From contig CAWFQK010000007.1 of the NCBI GenBank assembly GCA_963817955.1, positions 113,432-177,431 on the forward strand: a DNA stretch of 64,000 nt, in the 5' to 3' direction. The position numbers and the translations under genes are program-made. Shown in pieces: positions 28,539 through 39,602 of this stretch. Origin of the DNA: an uncultured Gemmatimonadaceae bacterium. Its GTDB lineage: Bacteria; Gemmatimonadota; Gemmatimonadetes; Gemmatimonadales; Gemmatimonadaceae. How positions within the stretch are numbered: position 1 is the stretch's first letter; each line of letters starts with the position of its first letter. Below the pieces are notes generated by a model that saw only the letters and a program-made list of their open reading frames with translations, was not told where the DNA came from and ran no database searches.

Positions 28539-30545
28539 GTGACGCAGCCCTCGGCTGGTCTCGACTTCGCACGCATCGGTATTTCCGGCGTTCGGCTGGA
28601 AGTGCTGTTCGAAGCCGTACCGCTCGCCATCGCTGTCTTTGACGGTGAATTACGGCTCGTCAACGCGAATGCGCGCTACCGCGAACTCACCGGCGCCGCC
28701 GCGGTATCGCCGGCGAGGGTCTCTATTTACGACGCGTTTCCGAACGCGCTGGCCGACCTCACCGATCAGATCGACGGGGCGCTCCGTGGCGCTCCCGTCG
28801 GGTTGGCGGTTCGCGTGCCGTTTCAACAGCGAAGCGGTCGCCGGCTCATCGAGACGACGTTCACCGCGCTGATTGAGGAAAACGGTGGTCGCGGCATTCT
28901 CTTCGCCGGCAATGACGTCAGCGAGCGAGAAGATCTGCGTGAGACCCTCAGCCGCAACGTCGCACAGCTCGAGTCGATCTTCGACGTTATTCCGGACTCC
29001 GTGCGCGTGTTCGACACCGAGGGACGAACCGTCCGATCGAATACGCAGGCACTGCAGGACCATCCATCCGGTCAGCCGTCCACGCTCCGGGAGCTCTGGC
29101 AACTCGATCGGCCGCGGACGATCGACGGCACGAGCCTGTTCATGCACGAGCATCCTACGGCGCGCGCGTTGCGTGGCGAGCGCGTGCGTGGTGAAACGCT
29201 GGCGGTACGGCGTGGCGCTGACGGCTCGCCCGTCATCATCGAGGTGAACTCGAACCCGCTGTACGATGAGCACGGCAAAATTCGTGGTGCCGTGACGGTT
29301 GAGCGCGACGTCACCGTCAAGACACAGCTCGCGAAAGCCCTCGAAGAAGAAGCTCGGCGTACCGCGGAGCTGTACGAACGTGTGTCGACGGAAGCGGAAC
29401 GGCTCGAGCGCATGGTGCAGGAGCGTACACAGGAACTGTTGGCCCTCCAGGAAGCCCGTTCCCGCGAGCGCCGGCTCGCTGCCGTGGGGCAGCTGGCCGC
29501 CGGCGTCATGCATGATGTCAACAACGCGCTCAATCCGATCATGGCCGCAGCGTACCTGCTCGAGGCGAACGCGGACAATCCGACGGCGGTGCGAGACTAC
29601 GCGGTGCGTATAGCCAAGGCGGCGGAGACTGGCGCTGCCACTGCGGCGCGCGTTGGACGTTTCATTCGTCAGGAACCCCTTCAGGCCGAACGCGAAGAAC
29701 CGGTCGACCTCTCAGCGGTCTGCGACGAAGTAGTGGCGATGACGCGGCCGCTCTGGGCGGAGCGTGCGCGAGGCGGCATGGTGCACCTCGAGCACGATCT
29801 CGCCCCAGACGCGATGATCCGCGGGATCACCGGTGAACTGCGCGAGGCGCTCCTCAACCTCGTGCAGAACGCACTGGACGCCATGGCCGGCGGCGGCACG
29901 CTCGGTCTGCGCACATTGGTTACGGACACGGAGGTTCGTCTCGAGGTCCGCGATTCCGGCATCGGCATGTCGGCCGAGGTGCGTGATCGCGCCTTTGAGC
30001 CGTTCTTCACGACTAAAGGAAGAGCGGGAACCGGCCTCGGCTTGGCCGAGGTGTATGGTATCGTCAAGCGGCACCGTGGCTTCGCTGAAATCGAGTCGAT
30101 GCCCGGTGTCGGCACGACGATTCGCCTTGTGTTTCCGAAGGCGTCCCGCGTCGCGGCCCTGGAGATCCCCGAGAGCAAAGAACCGCGAACACACGTGGCG
30201 AGAAAGGTATTGCTCGTCGAGGATCACCCGGACAGTCGCGAATTTATGCAGGCGCTCCTTGAGTCCGACGGCCATTCGGTTGATACTGCCATCGGTGTAT
30301 TGGACGCGACAGAATTATTAGAGAGGGCCTCACCAGCCTACGAGGTTCTGGTCACGGATATTGGCCTCTCCGACGGCAGTGGGTGGGATTTGATTACATT
30401 TGCAAGACAACGCTGGCCTTCGATGCGGATCGGCGTCGTTACCGGCTGGGAACCACGCGTTGGCGCAGGCGCGGATGGAGATTTCATTCTCCGCAAACCG
30501 GTCCGAACATCAGAGTTGCTCGCACAGGTCGCCGGCGAAGGTTGA
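28539..30545 (+). CDS. PAS-domain hybrid histidine kinase
   Basis: Two PAS domains, GVMHDVNNAL, NLVQNALDAM, FEPFFTTK..GTGLGL and a C-terminal receiver. Confidence 0.9.
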   Translation: MTQPSAGLDFARIGISGVRLEVLFEAVPLAIAVFDGELRLVNANARYRELTGAAAVSPARVSIYDAFPNALADLTDQIDGALRGAPVGLAVRVPFQQRSGRRLIETTFTALIEENGGRGILFAGNDVSEREDLRETLSRNVAQLESIFDVIPDSVRVFDTEGRTVRSNTQALQDHPSGQPSTLRELWQLDRPRTIDGTSLFMHEHPTARALRGERVRGETLAVRRGADGSPVIIEVNSNPLYDEHGKIRGAVTVERDVTVKTQLAKALEEEARRTAELYERVSTEAERLERMVQERTQELLALQEARSRERRLAAVGQLAAGVMHDVNNALNPIMAAAYLLEANADNPTAVRDYAVRIAKAAETGAATAARVGRFIRQEPLQAEREEPVDLSAVCDEVVAMTRPLWAERARGGMVHLEHDLAPDAMIRGITGELREALLNLVQNALDAMAGGGTLGLRTLVTDTEVRLEVRDSGIGMSAEVRDRAFEPFFTTKGRAGTGLGLAEVYGIVKRHRGFAEIESMPGVGTTIRLVFPKASRVAALEIPESKEPRTHVARKVLLVEDHPDSREFMQALLESDGHSVDTAIGVLDATELLERASPAYEVLVTDIGLSDGSGWDLITFARQRWPSMRIGVVTGWEPRVGAGADGDFILRKPVRTSELLAQVAGEG

Positions 30546-30597
30546 CCGCGTTTTTCACCGCTGGCGTCTACCGCCGCGCGGGGCCAGATTCCGTAAG

Positions 30598-31218
30598 ATG
30601 ACAGACTCAGTCTCGCGTATCCGTGTTCTGATTGCCGAGGACGATGACAATGCACGCTCATTGCTCATCGATCTTCTGGGGACCCTCGGCCACACTGTTG
30701 TTGCCGAGGTCTCGACTGGTCGCGAGGCTTTCGAGCGGGCGCTGGATGTCGTGCCCGATGTGGTGCTGCTCGATGTGCACATGCCCGATGGCTCGGGCAT
30801 CGAGGCCGCTGAGCGCATCACGCAGGCAATCCCCGGCGTAGCTGTCGTGCTGTTCAGCGGGGATCACACGCTGACCCTGACTGATCGCGATGTCACCGCC
30901 ACGGCGGCGATCGCGTTCCTTCCAAAGCCGGCGCCGCCGCGCGTGCTCGACTCGACCATTCGTCTTGCTGCCAGGCGCGCCAAAGAACTGATGGCCGCTC
31001 GCCAGGACGCCGAGTCGGCGCGACAGGCACTCGAGAATCGCAAGACGATCGAGCGCGCAAAGGGCATTCTGATGCGACGCACAGGTTCGTCGGAGCAGGA
31101 GGCGTATCGCATTCTCCAGCGCACGAGCCAGGACCGTTCGGTGCCAATGGTCGAGATCGCGCGCGCTGTGTTGGCGAGCGAGCCGGGATTCCAGGAGACG
31201 ACGAAGGAGACGAAATAG
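30598..31218 (+). CDS. REC-ANTAR RNA-binding response regulator (PdtaR-like)
   Basis: VLIAEDD..LLDVHMP receiver; LENRKTIERAKGILM..EQEAY..LQRTS ANTAR domain. Confidence 0.9.
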   Translation: MTDSVSRIRVLIAEDDDNARSLLIDLLGTLGHTVVAEVSTGREAFERALDVVPDVVLLDVHMPDGSGIEAAERITQAIPGVAVVLFSGDHTLTLTDRDVTATAAIAFLPKPAPPRVLDSTIRLAARRAKELMAARQDAESARQALENRKTIERAKGILMRRTGSSEQEAYRILQRTSQDRSVPMVEIARAVLASEPGFQETTKETK

Positions 31219-31255
31219 GACGGTGGCGGTCGCCACGCTTGCGGATTGGAAAAGA

Positions 31256-31290
31256 AAAGGGGTCGTGACGCGGTGCGTCACGACCCCTTT
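31256..31290. terminator. Bidirectional intrinsic terminator
   Basis: AAAGGGGTCGTGACGC-GGT-GCGTCACGACCCCTTT perfect stem between convergent genes. Confidence 0.85.
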
Positions 31291-31317
31291 GTCAACTTCC
31301 GCAGCCGAATCGTCGTC

Positions 31318-33348
31318 CTACTTGCTTCTCACAATCGTGAATTGGACAAGGGGACTTACTGGTAGTCCGCCGGTCGACCAATCGATCGAGACGGATGCGT
31401 TAGCCGGGACGAAGAAGCGCACGTACGCCGCGCCCCCGGCGTCGACGGATAAGTTCGCTGGTGACACATCGGACAGAGGCACAACCGCGAGCGGATAGAC
31501 GCCGAGTGGCTGGTTATTCGATCCCAGGAGTCGCGGGAAGATATTGCGCATGTTCCAGCTCGGTTCCTGGAATCGCACATCGGTGTTGCCGCTGATGTCG
31601 TCCGCGAACACCGAGGTCGCCCAGTCGCGGATCTGCGTCAGGTAATTCGATCCAAAAACGTTCACGAGGTTCTTCTGCCCCGTGGCCGTAGTGTTCACGA
31701 GCAGCGACCAGGTGTCCGCGTCCGACGAGCCGCGATGATCGGCGAGATACCGCAACAAGTTCCACGTTGCCCCGCGCGTTTCCAGCGAGTCATTGCCGGC
31801 ATAGACGGATGTTTGCGACGGCTTGCCGATGAAGATCTCGAATCGGCCGAAGTTGTTGCCCTGGTAGTTGTTGAACGCGTCTGCCGCCGTCTGGCTTGCA
31901 CCGAGGACGCTGGCCGTGATGTTCTGCCGCGGTGCCAGGCCCGATACGCGATAGTACAATAACTCTTCGGCAATGTGGCTCAGTCCCTCGTTGAGCCATA
32001 CATCCTCGAACGCATTGGCATTGTTCACATACAGGCGCCGGCCGGCGTTGATGAGATGCTGATACTCATGCGCCAGCGTGCCGATCGCATCATTCAAGAC
32101 GGCCGTCTTTTGTCGGGCATCGCCGAAGACCCCGTTAGGATCCGGCACGAGCACGTAGAACATCTCACCGAAATTGCTCGTCGGGCAGCCTTGCAGCGTC
32201 TGCGTGCTCGTCAGCGGGAATAAGTCGCGCTCGAAAAAGAAGCCGCCGATCACGCCGCCGCTCCCGCGTGGCGTGAGCTTGTTCACCTCCTTGGTGAACA
32301 AGATGAGAATCTTGCCGTTCTTGTCGATGTCCGTCGGTTGTCCGAACGCTTGCGTGTCGAGCGGATTGATCAGTGTGTCGAACGTGGTGGCGAACGATTG
32401 GTAGTCCGCGTCGGTAAAGCCGTTTGCCGGATTGGACGTGTCGGCGACGACGATTGCGGTGTTCGACTGAGAGACGACGCGAGCGCCGACGTTGATTGGG
32501 CTCGTACACGCCTGTATGCCATTGGCGTTGAGCGTGAGGATCTGCCCATTCGTCACAGTTGACGGAATGACGTTGAACGCCGCCCCCCTTTGTCGCATCC
32601 ATGCGCGTGCCGCCGGCATCATCGGCGTCAGCTCACGGCGCGCCGTGTTGCGCAGTTGCGCGTCGAATGCCGCCTGAAGCGTATTCACTCGCGGCGCGGC
32701 TCCGCCGACACCCGGTATTGTCTGAAGGCTCGGCGTGATATTCGCAGTCGACACTGCCGTGGCGCCGCCGTGCGATTGAACGGAGAGCGACGCGATATTG
32801 GAGCTGTCGGGGTTGCCATTGAACACCACCAGCGCGTATTCAGCGCCAGCCGCTCCCCCGCCCAGACAGATCCCGGTGCCGGCTACGCCAGGCAGCACTC
32901 CGCCAGCCGCCGGGGTGGTAGGCGTCGCGCCCTGACAGGCAATACTCGTGGACGTCGATCCCGCGGTCACGGTGAATGTGGCGACGAGGCCAGTGCCCGC
33001 AACGGTCGCCGTGATGGAGACGTTGCCCGGCGATGACCCGAGCGAGACCTGCGTCTGCGCCTGGCCAAGGGAGTCGGTGACGGCACTCGCCGGCACTACC
33101 GTCGCTGTGCCGCTTGTCACTGCGAACGCCACGGTCACACCTTTTTCGGCGGTCCCGCTGGATGTCACACGCACAGTGAGCGGCACGGCCAGCGTCGTGC
33201 CAATCAGGCCGACCTGCCCGTTGCCGGAGACAATGCTCACCGCCGACGGTGTCACGATCGGGCCGTTTGGCTCGGATCCGCCCCCGCACGCTGCGATCGC
33301 GGCCATTGAAAAAAGCGACAGTGCCCCGCGAATGCGAGGAGCGAACAT
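31318..33348 (-). CDS. Lipoprotein with Ig-like domain and HEXXH zinc metallopeptidase domain (M30-like)
   Basis: GGAGG RBS, lipobox IAAC, Big_1-like segment, AHEYQHLIN and WLNEGLSHIAEE. Confidence 0.8.
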   Translation of the reverse strand: MFAPRIRGALSLFSMAAIAACGGGSEPNGPIVTPSAVSIVSGNGQVGLIGTTLAVPLTVRVTSSGTAEKGVTVAFAVTSGTATVVPASAVTDSLGQAQTQVSLGSSPGNVSITATVAGTGLVATFTVTAGSTSTSIACQGATPTTPAAGGVLPGVAGTGICLGGGAAGAEYALVVFNGNPDSSNIASLSVQSHGGATAVSTANITPSLQTIPGVGGAAPRVNTLQAAFDAQLRNTARRELTPMMPAARAWMRQRGAAFNVIPSTVTNGQILTLNANGIQACTSPINVGARVVSQSNTAIVVADTSNPANGFTDADYQSFATTFDTLINPLDTQAFGQPTDIDKNGKILILFTKEVNKLTPRGSGGVIGGFFFERDLFPLTSTQTLQGCPTSNFGEMFYVLVPDPNGVFGDARQKTAVLNDAIGTLAHEYQHLINAGRRLYVNNANAFEDVWLNEGLSHIAEELLYYRVSGLAPRQNITASVLGASQTAADAFNNYQGNNFGRFEIFIGKPSQTSVYAGNDSLETRGATWNLLRYLADHRGSSDADTWSLLVNTTATGQKNLVNVFGSNYLTQIRDWATSVFADDISGNTDVRFQEPSWNMRNIFPRLLGSNNQPLGVYPLAVVPLSDVSPANLSVDAGGAAYVRFFVPANASVSIDWSTGGLPVSPLVQFTIVRSK

Positions 33349-33385
33349 TGAACCTCCTATCTGCGTTGCGGAACGCAACATTCTG

Positions 33386-34687
33386 TCAAGCCGCTGGTGC
33401 AGCCTCGGTTGCGCGCGTTGGCCTTGTGTACTCTTCCATACCCAGCCCTAGGAGAATCGTGCCAGCGACGAGTCCGGCTGAGACGAAGAAAGGTAGTTCG
33501 GGAAACCGATCGAACGCCCATCCTGCCACGATGGGGAATATTACTCGGGCCGTACCTCCAAAGGTCTGCTGGACTCCCATATACAAACCGCGCTCGCTGC
33601 TAAGTATGACACGCGAGAGCATAGCCGTCACACATGGAAAGGTGAACGCAGTTCCGAGGGGTAGTAACGCAACCGCCAGGGCGAGCGGCAAATAGGGCAG
33701 GATGGCAATTGCCGAAACCGGCAAAATGCCACCCAGCTTGGCGGCGAACGCCGCGGGGTTGCTCATGCGGTGCATGAACGGCATAGCCGCCAACCCGAGC
33801 GCGAGCAGGGCCTGGCCCAGCCGAGACAGGCGTGCCTCGCCAAATCTGTCCACCGCCCACCCCAAGATGAGCGCTCGAGTCAGCACCGAAATGATGCCGA
33901 TGTACGTATAGAAGTAGCCAATCGTGTGCGACGTCACACCAAAGCGCGCCGCGAGAAATAGCGCGAGTACTGCGTTCAGACCCTGAAATGCGCCAATACC
34001 AATGGCGTAGATCCAGATCAATCGAGGCGCGGGCTCACGAGGGTGGGTAATGACATGCACGACGGCCTCGCGCGATCGGCCGGGCCGGTGCTTTATCAAC
34101 CGTGCCTCCGTCATGTCGCGCGACTCGACGAGATAACGGCCCGCAAAGATGATATTGACGAGACACAGCACCGCCGCCGCCAGGCCGGGGCCATGTCTGC
34201 CCAATCCCAGGAATTGCGAGCCGAGTACCGGGCCGAGTGCGACGCCGGCATTGGTCGCCGCGGAAAGCCAGCCGAGGCCCTTGGCACGCTCTTCTGGTTT
34301 GACGGCGTCGGCGACGTACGCCTGAATGACGCTCACGGTTCCGCCGCCCGATCCCTGCACCAGGCGTGACAGGAAGAGCAGCCACAGCGAGTCTGCGTAC
34401 GCAAAGATGACGTAGGCGATCGCCGAGGCCGCGAGACCTACGATGAGCGCAGGCCGACGCCCATATCGATCCGAAAAGCGCCCCCACATCGGAGCGCTGA
34501 GCAGTTGCGCAATGGAAAAAGACGAAACGAGCAGGCCCACCACCAGCCCGTTCGCGCCAAACGACTTGGCGTAGAACGGCAGCAGCGGCAGGATCATGAG
34601 CGTCCCGACCATGTCGATGAACGCCGTGATCATCAGCACGACGAGCTTGCCGGCGCTCGACGAGGATCGCTGCTCGTCCCGAATCAT
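33386..34687 (-). CDS. MFS transporter (DHA1/TetA-like)
   Basis: GRFSDRYGRRP motif A and QAYVAD..EERAKGLG; about 12 TM helices. Confidence 0.9.
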   Translation of the reverse strand: MIRDEQRSSSSAGKLVVLMITAFIDMVGTLMILPLLPFYAKSFGANGLVVGLLVSSFSIAQLLSAPMWGRFSDRYGRRPALIVGLAASAIAYVIFAYADSLWLLFLSRLVQGSGGGTVSVIQAYVADAVKPEERAKGLGWLSAATNAGVALGPVLGSQFLGLGRHGPGLAAAVLCLVNIIFAGRYLVESRDMTEARLIKHRPGRSREAVVHVITHPREPAPRLIWIYAIGIGAFQGLNAVLALFLAARFGVTSHTIGYFYTYIGIISVLTRALILGWAVDRFGEARLSRLGQALLALGLAAMPFMHRMSNPAAFAAKLGGILPVSAIAILPYLPLALAVALLPLGTAFTFPCVTAMLSRVILSSERGLYMGVQQTFGGTARVIFPIVAGWAFDRFPELPFFVSAGLVAGTILLGLGMEEYTRPTRATEAAPAA

Positions 34688-34696
34688 TTTCAGACG

Positions 34697-35578
34697 CTAT
34701 TCGGCGGGCCGGCCGAGTGCGGCTGGAGCCACGGTCCGTCCCACTACCCCAGCCAACGCGATGATCGTCAGCGCGTACGGGATCATCTCCACGAATTGCG
34801 ACGGAATGACCTGCGCGCCCTGCAACTGGATTTGCAATGTCTCTGCTGCGGCGAACAACAGACAGGCCAGCGCTGCGCGCACTGGATCCCAGCGGCCGAA
34901 AATGGTCGCCGCGAGCGCAATGAAACCGCGGCCGGCTGTCATCTCAGCGCTGAATTGATGTTGATCGAGCGCCAGATACGCACCGCCGAGCGCCGCGAGT
35001 AAGCCAGAGAGGCCGGCCGCCGTGTAGCGCACCCGCGCTACGTCAATGCCGACCGAAGTTGCCGCGACCGGATGCTCACCGACGGCGCGAATGCGGAGCC
35101 CAAACGGCGTTCGATATAGCAGCCACGCCACGAAGGCCACAGCGAGAATCCCCATCCCAACGAGCGGATTCGCAGCGAGCGAGGCGAATCCAGTGCCGGA
35201 TTGCTCGGCGCCGAACCCCGGAACCCGAGGCGAGTTCGAGGAACTGTGAAAGCCCAAGCGTAGGAAGAACCGCGTCAACCCGATCACCAGCAGATTGATC
35301 GCTATACCCGTTACGACTTGATCGGCGCGGAAGCGGATCGCTGTGAGCGCGTAGAGTGTTGCGAGCGCGACACCGCCTACACCGGCACCGAGAAGTCCGA
35401 TCCATGGACTGCCGCTGTAGTAACTGGCCAATGCTCCGCAGAATGCGCCGCCGAGCATGTAGCCCTCGAGGCCGAGTCCGATGAGCCCCGAGCGTTCGGA
35501 GACGACACCCCCGCTGGCCGCGAACAAATACGGAATCGCGATGCGCAAAGTCTGCGCGAGAAAGGCAAGGAGGATCAT
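34697..35578 (-). CDS. ABC transporter permease (nucleoside/CUT2 type)
   Basis: SERSG..GLEG, RTPFGLRIRAVGEHP and GRGFIALAA. Confidence 0.9.
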   Translation of the reverse strand: MILLAFLAQTLRIAIPYLFAASGGVVSERSGLIGLGLEGYMLGGAFCGALASYYSGSPWIGLLGAGVGGVALATLYALTAIRFRADQVVTGIAINLLVIGLTRFFLRLGFHSSSNSPRVPGFGAEQSGTGFASLAANPLVGMGILAVAFVAWLLYRTPFGLRIRAVGEHPVAATSVGIDVARVRYTAAGLSGLLAALGGAYLALDQHQFSAEMTAGRGFIALAATIFGRWDPVRAALACLLFAAAETLQIQLQGAQVIPSQFVEMIPYALTIIALAGVVGRTVAPAALGRPAE

Positions 35579-36618
35579 CGCCCCCTCCGCAGAAGCCGCC
35601 GAACCTCGGGCACCGATGCGGCGACCGCGATGATCACCACCGCCTGCAGCACATCCACCATTTGTTTGGGTACCACGGCGTTCACCGCGAGGCCCCCCTG
35701 CGACATTGTGGCGAACACCAACGCTGCCAGCACCACACCGAGCGGATGATTCCGACCGACGATGGCGACGGCGATCCCCAGGAAGCCGGCGCCGGACGCG
35801 AATGCCTCTTCGTAGTAGTGCTTGTACCCGAGCACGAAATTCAGGCCACCGATGCCGGCGACCGCACCGGATATCGTCATCGCGCGCCACCACACCCCCG
35901 GAACATTCACACCGCCGTACTCTGCGGCTTCAGGTTGTAAGCCCGTGGCGCGCAGCTCAAAGCCGCGGCGCGTGCGGAACAGAAACCACCAGGCGACGAT
36001 CGCCGCGAGCAATGCGACGAAGATCACCACGTTGGCTGCCGATCCGTGAAACGGCCCGACGTACGATGACAGGCGTGGCAGCGCGCCGGCGTGGATCTCC
36101 GCCGTATGCAGCGTGTCCGCCACCTTGAGATGTGCCGATACGAGATAATTCAGCAGCGCGAGCACGATGAAGTTCAGCATGATCGTCGTGATCACCTCAT
36201 GCGCCCCGAATCGCGCGCGCAGCACGCCGGGAATTCCGCCCACCACGCCACCGCCAATCGCCGCCGCCACGATATACACCGGCAGCGTGAGCAGCGCGGG
36301 CATTCCGGAGGGCAGCAGCAAGCCGACCGTGGCGGCCAAGAACCCGCCTGCGGCGAGTTGGCTCTCTGCTCCGATATTGAACAATCCCGCGCGCAGTCCG
36401 ATTGCGACGGCAAGCCCGGTGAACGTGAGTGTAGTCGCCTTGTACAGGACCTGGCCCAACCCATACGCGTTGCCCCACGTCCCTTCGAGAAGCAGGCGAT
36501 AGACGGTGCCGGGATTCTGTCCGAAGGAAAGAATGAGAACATCGCCGACGATCGCGGCTACGAGAAGCGCGACGATGGCGGGAAGAACCGCTTCCTCGAG
36601 CGCGGCGCGGTTCGTCAT
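35575..36618 (-). CDS. ABC transporter permease (nucleoside/CUT2 type)
   Basis: GLFNIGAESQ, HEVITTIMLN and GFLGIAVA..GRNHP. Confidence 0.9.
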   Translation of the reverse strand: MTNRAALEEAVLPAIVALLVAAIVGDVLILSFGQNPGTVYRLLLEGTWGNAYGLGQVLYKATTLTFTGLAVAIGLRAGLFNIGAESQLAAGGFLAATVGLLLPSGMPALLTLPVYIVAAAIGGGVVGGIPGVLRARFGAHEVITTIMLNFIVLALLNYLVSAHLKVADTLHTAEIHAGALPRLSSYVGPFHGSAANVVIFVALLAAIVAWWFLFRTRRGFELRATGLQPEAAEYGGVNVPGVWWRAMTISGAVAGIGGLNFVLGYKHYYEEAFASGAGFLGIAVAIVGRNHPLGVVLAALVFATMSQGGLAVNAVVPKQMVDVLQAVVIIAVAASVPEVRRLLRRGR

Positions 36619-38186
36619 GCGGCGTGGTCCCCGGCCGCGCCCGTCATGTACGGACCGAGCACCTCCGAATTGGCGTCCTTGCGCCGGAGAACCGTGGCGA
36701 AGCGGCCGCGGTACATCACAGCGATACGATCGGAGAGCGCCAGGATCTCCGACAGATCGGCCGAGACGAGGAGGATGGCCTTGCCCGCGTCGCGCGCTTT
36801 ACGCAGTTGTTCGTGAATGAACTCGATGGCGCCCACGTCCACACCGCGCGTTGGTTGTGCTGCGAGCAACACCTGAAATGGCCGGCCCATTTCGCGCGCA
36901 ATGATGAGCTTCTGCTGGTTGCCGCCCGACAGCGTACGGGCGGCAACCAGTGGGTCAGAGGGCCGAATATCGTAGGTCTCGATCTGCGACATCGCGTTGG
37001 CAAGAATGCGATCGTGGTCGAGGTGCACGCCCCGCGTGAACCGATGTTGCTGGCCAAGGATCAGATTCTCAGCGACGCTGTAGTCCAGAACCAACCCGCG
37101 CGCGTGACGATTCTCGGGAATGTGCGAAAGCCCGGCGTCTCCACGCTCTCTTACGGACAGCTTGGTGATGTCGCGTTGCCCGATGTAAATGGTGCCATGC
37201 TCGACAGCGCGCAACCCGGACAGAGCCTCAAGCAGCTCCGTCTGACCATTGCCCTCCACGCCTGCGATGCCGAGGATCTCGCCCGGTGCCACGCTGAAGC
37301 TCACGCAATCCACCGCCGTGAGCCGCCGGACGCCCTTCACTTCGAGGTCATGCACATCGAGCAAAGGCGTCGACGGAATCGACACACCGCCTGCCGCGGG
37401 CGCGGTCTCTTCGACAGGATAGTTCATCGAGAGCTGCACGTCGCGGCCCACCATGGCCTTCGCGATCTCGGCCGGCGTCGTCGACGCCGTCCTCAATTGG
37501 CCGATCGTGCGGCCGTTGCGCATCACGGTGATGGTATCGGAAATCTCCATGACTTCATCGAGCTTGTGCGTAATGAGCACGATGGTCTCGCCGCGCTCGC
37601 GCATCTGCCGCAGCACCTGCCACAGGTCGTGAATCTCGGGCGGCGATAACACGGCGGTCGGCTCGTCCAGAATCAGAATCCGCGCGCCGCGATAGAGTGT
37701 CTTGAGAATCTCGACACGCTGTGCCTCGCCCACGGAGAGATCCGCCACCGTCCGTTCCGGCTGCACCGACAAGCCGGTGGTCCGACTCAGCTCCGCCACG
37801 TCGCGCTCGGCGCGAGACCGATCGAGTTGGCCGTGCTTGGTCAGCTCGCGGCCGAGCATGACGTTTTCGGCCACCGTCAGCGTTGGCACGAGCATGAAGT
37901 GCTGATGCACCATACCGACGCCGGCATCGATCGCTTGCGCCGTGGACCAGCCGGTGACGTCCGTGCCGTCTACTTCCATGTGGCCACGGTCGGGAGCGTA
38001 CATGCCGCTCAACACGCGCATGAGCGTCGACTTGCCTGCACCATTCTCACCGACCAGGGCATGGATCTCGCCGCGCGCGACCTCGAGCGATGCGCCCCGA
38101 TTGGCCTGTACGGGGCCGAATGCTTTGTCGATATCGGTGAGTCGAATGGCGAGCGACGGCGACGCCGTGGGGTCCGCCATCCTCAT
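36615..38186 (-). CDS. ABC transporter ATP-binding protein (tandem ATPase)
   Basis: GENGAGKS, ILDEPT, LSGGNQQK and QPTRGVD. Confidence 0.93.
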   Translation of the reverse strand: MRMADPTASPSLAIRLTDIDKAFGPVQANRGASLEVARGEIHALVGENGAGKSTLMRVLSGMYAPDRGHMEVDGTDVTGWSTAQAIDAGVGMVHQHFMLVPTLTVAENVMLGRELTKHGQLDRSRAERDVAELSRTTGLSVQPERTVADLSVGEAQRVEILKTLYRGARILILDEPTAVLSPPEIHDLWQVLRQMRERGETIVLITHKLDEVMEISDTITVMRNGRTIGQLRTASTTPAEIAKAMVGRDVQLSMNYPVEETAPAAGGVSIPSTPLLDVHDLEVKGVRRLTAVDCVSFSVAPGEILGIAGVEGNGQTELLEALSGLRAVEHGTIYIGQRDITKLSVRERGDAGLSHIPENRHARGLVLDYSVAENLILGQQHRFTRGVHLDHDRILANAMSQIETYDIRPSDPLVAARTLSGGNQQKLIIAREMGRPFQVLLAAQPTRGVDVGAIEFIHEQLRKARDAGKAILLVSADLSEILALSDRIAVMYRGRFATVLRRKDANSEVLGPYMTGAAGDHAA

Positions 38187-39220
38187 CTCGTACTCGGCAC
38201 AGTGATCTTTCCTGCGATGATCGCTGCTTTGAGTTGCTCCACGCGCGCCCGCACGCTGTCGGGGATCAGCGCGCGATTGTGCTCGTCGTACACGTAGCCG
38301 ACGCCGTTCTGTGCCAGACCGAACGTGTAGATGCCGCCCTTGAAGGTGTGCTGTTTCACGCGGTTGATCATGTCGAAGACGGCAACGTCGATGCCTTTCA
38401 CCATCGACGTTACGATCCGGCCCGGTGCTTCGCTGTATTGGTCGGCATCGACGCCGATCGCGTACTTGCCCGTTTGCCGCGCGGCTTCGAACACGCCAAG
38501 GCCTGTGGAGCCCGACGCGTGATAGATGACGTTGACGCCTTGCTGGTACTGGTTGAGCGCCAGCTCCTTTCCCTTACCGGGATTGCGGAACGCCTCCGGC
38601 GTGACACCAGCGTACTGCGAGATCACGGTACAGTCGGGACAGACGGCCTTTACCCCCGCCTTGTACCCGACCTCGAACTTCTGAATGAGCGGTACGTCCA
38701 TGCCACCGACAAAGCCCACCTTCTTTGAACCGCCGACGAGTGCGGCGATCGCGCCGACGAGGAACGAGCCCTCCTCTTCCTTGAACTTGAGCGCGGCGAC
38801 GTTCGGCGGTGGCGGGAGCGGATTGCCGCTCTTGTCGGTGGCGAGCGAGTAGTCCACGTCGGCGAAGCTTGTATTCGGGTATTCGTTGGCGAGCTGCGTG
38901 ATATCGTCGGTGAAGATGAAGCCGACGCCAATCACAAGGTCCATGTGCTCGGCCGCGAGCAGGCGCAGGCCTGCCTCGCGGTCCGTGCCCTCACCCGGTT
39001 CGATGAGCCGGATGTGTGCCCCGAGCTCCTTTTCGGCGCGCAGGGCACCGCGGTAGGCACCGTCGTTGAAGGACTTGTCGCCAAGACCGCCCACGTCGAG
39101 AACGATGCCGACGTTCACGCCGTCGGCAGACGCAGGCTGTGCGGCGCGGGAGGGATGGACAAAGAGAAGGGCCACGTGGACCACGACGAGTGCGGCCACG
39201 AGTATGAGCAGCTTACGCAT
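38183..39220 (-). CDS. BMP family ABC substrate-binding protein
   Basis: GGLGDKSFND, FKEEEGSFLVG, AIGVDADQ and TSMVK. Start set at ATG 39220. Confidence 0.9.
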   Translation of the reverse strand: MRKLLILVAALVVVHVALLFVHPSRAAQPASADGVNVGIVLDVGGLGDKSFNDGAYRGALRAEKELGAHIRLIEPGEGTDREAGLRLLAAEHMDLVIGVGFIFTDDITQLANEYPNTSFADVDYSLATDKSGNPLPPPPNVAALKFKEEEGSFLVGAIAALVGGSKKVGFVGGMDVPLIQKFEVGYKAGVKAVCPDCTVISQYAGVTPEAFRNPGKGKELALNQYQQGVNVIYHASGSTGLGVFEAARQTGKYAIGVDADQYSEAPGRIVTSMVKGIDVAVFDMINRVKQHTFKGGIYTFGLAQNGVGYVYDEHNRALIPDSVRARVEQLKAAIIAGKITVPSTR

Positions 39221-39265
39221 CGGGAAAGATTCGTCGTTTCGCCAAGCGACGGCAAGGCCGGGATG

Positions 39266-39582
<317 letters not shown>

Positions 39583-39602
39583 GGTAGATTAATTTCCCGG
39601 AT

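Noticed and set aside
33386..34687. Tetracycline resistance gene
   Set aside because: Generic DHA1 MFS motifs only, no adjacent tetR, and it sits at the end of a housekeeping operon.
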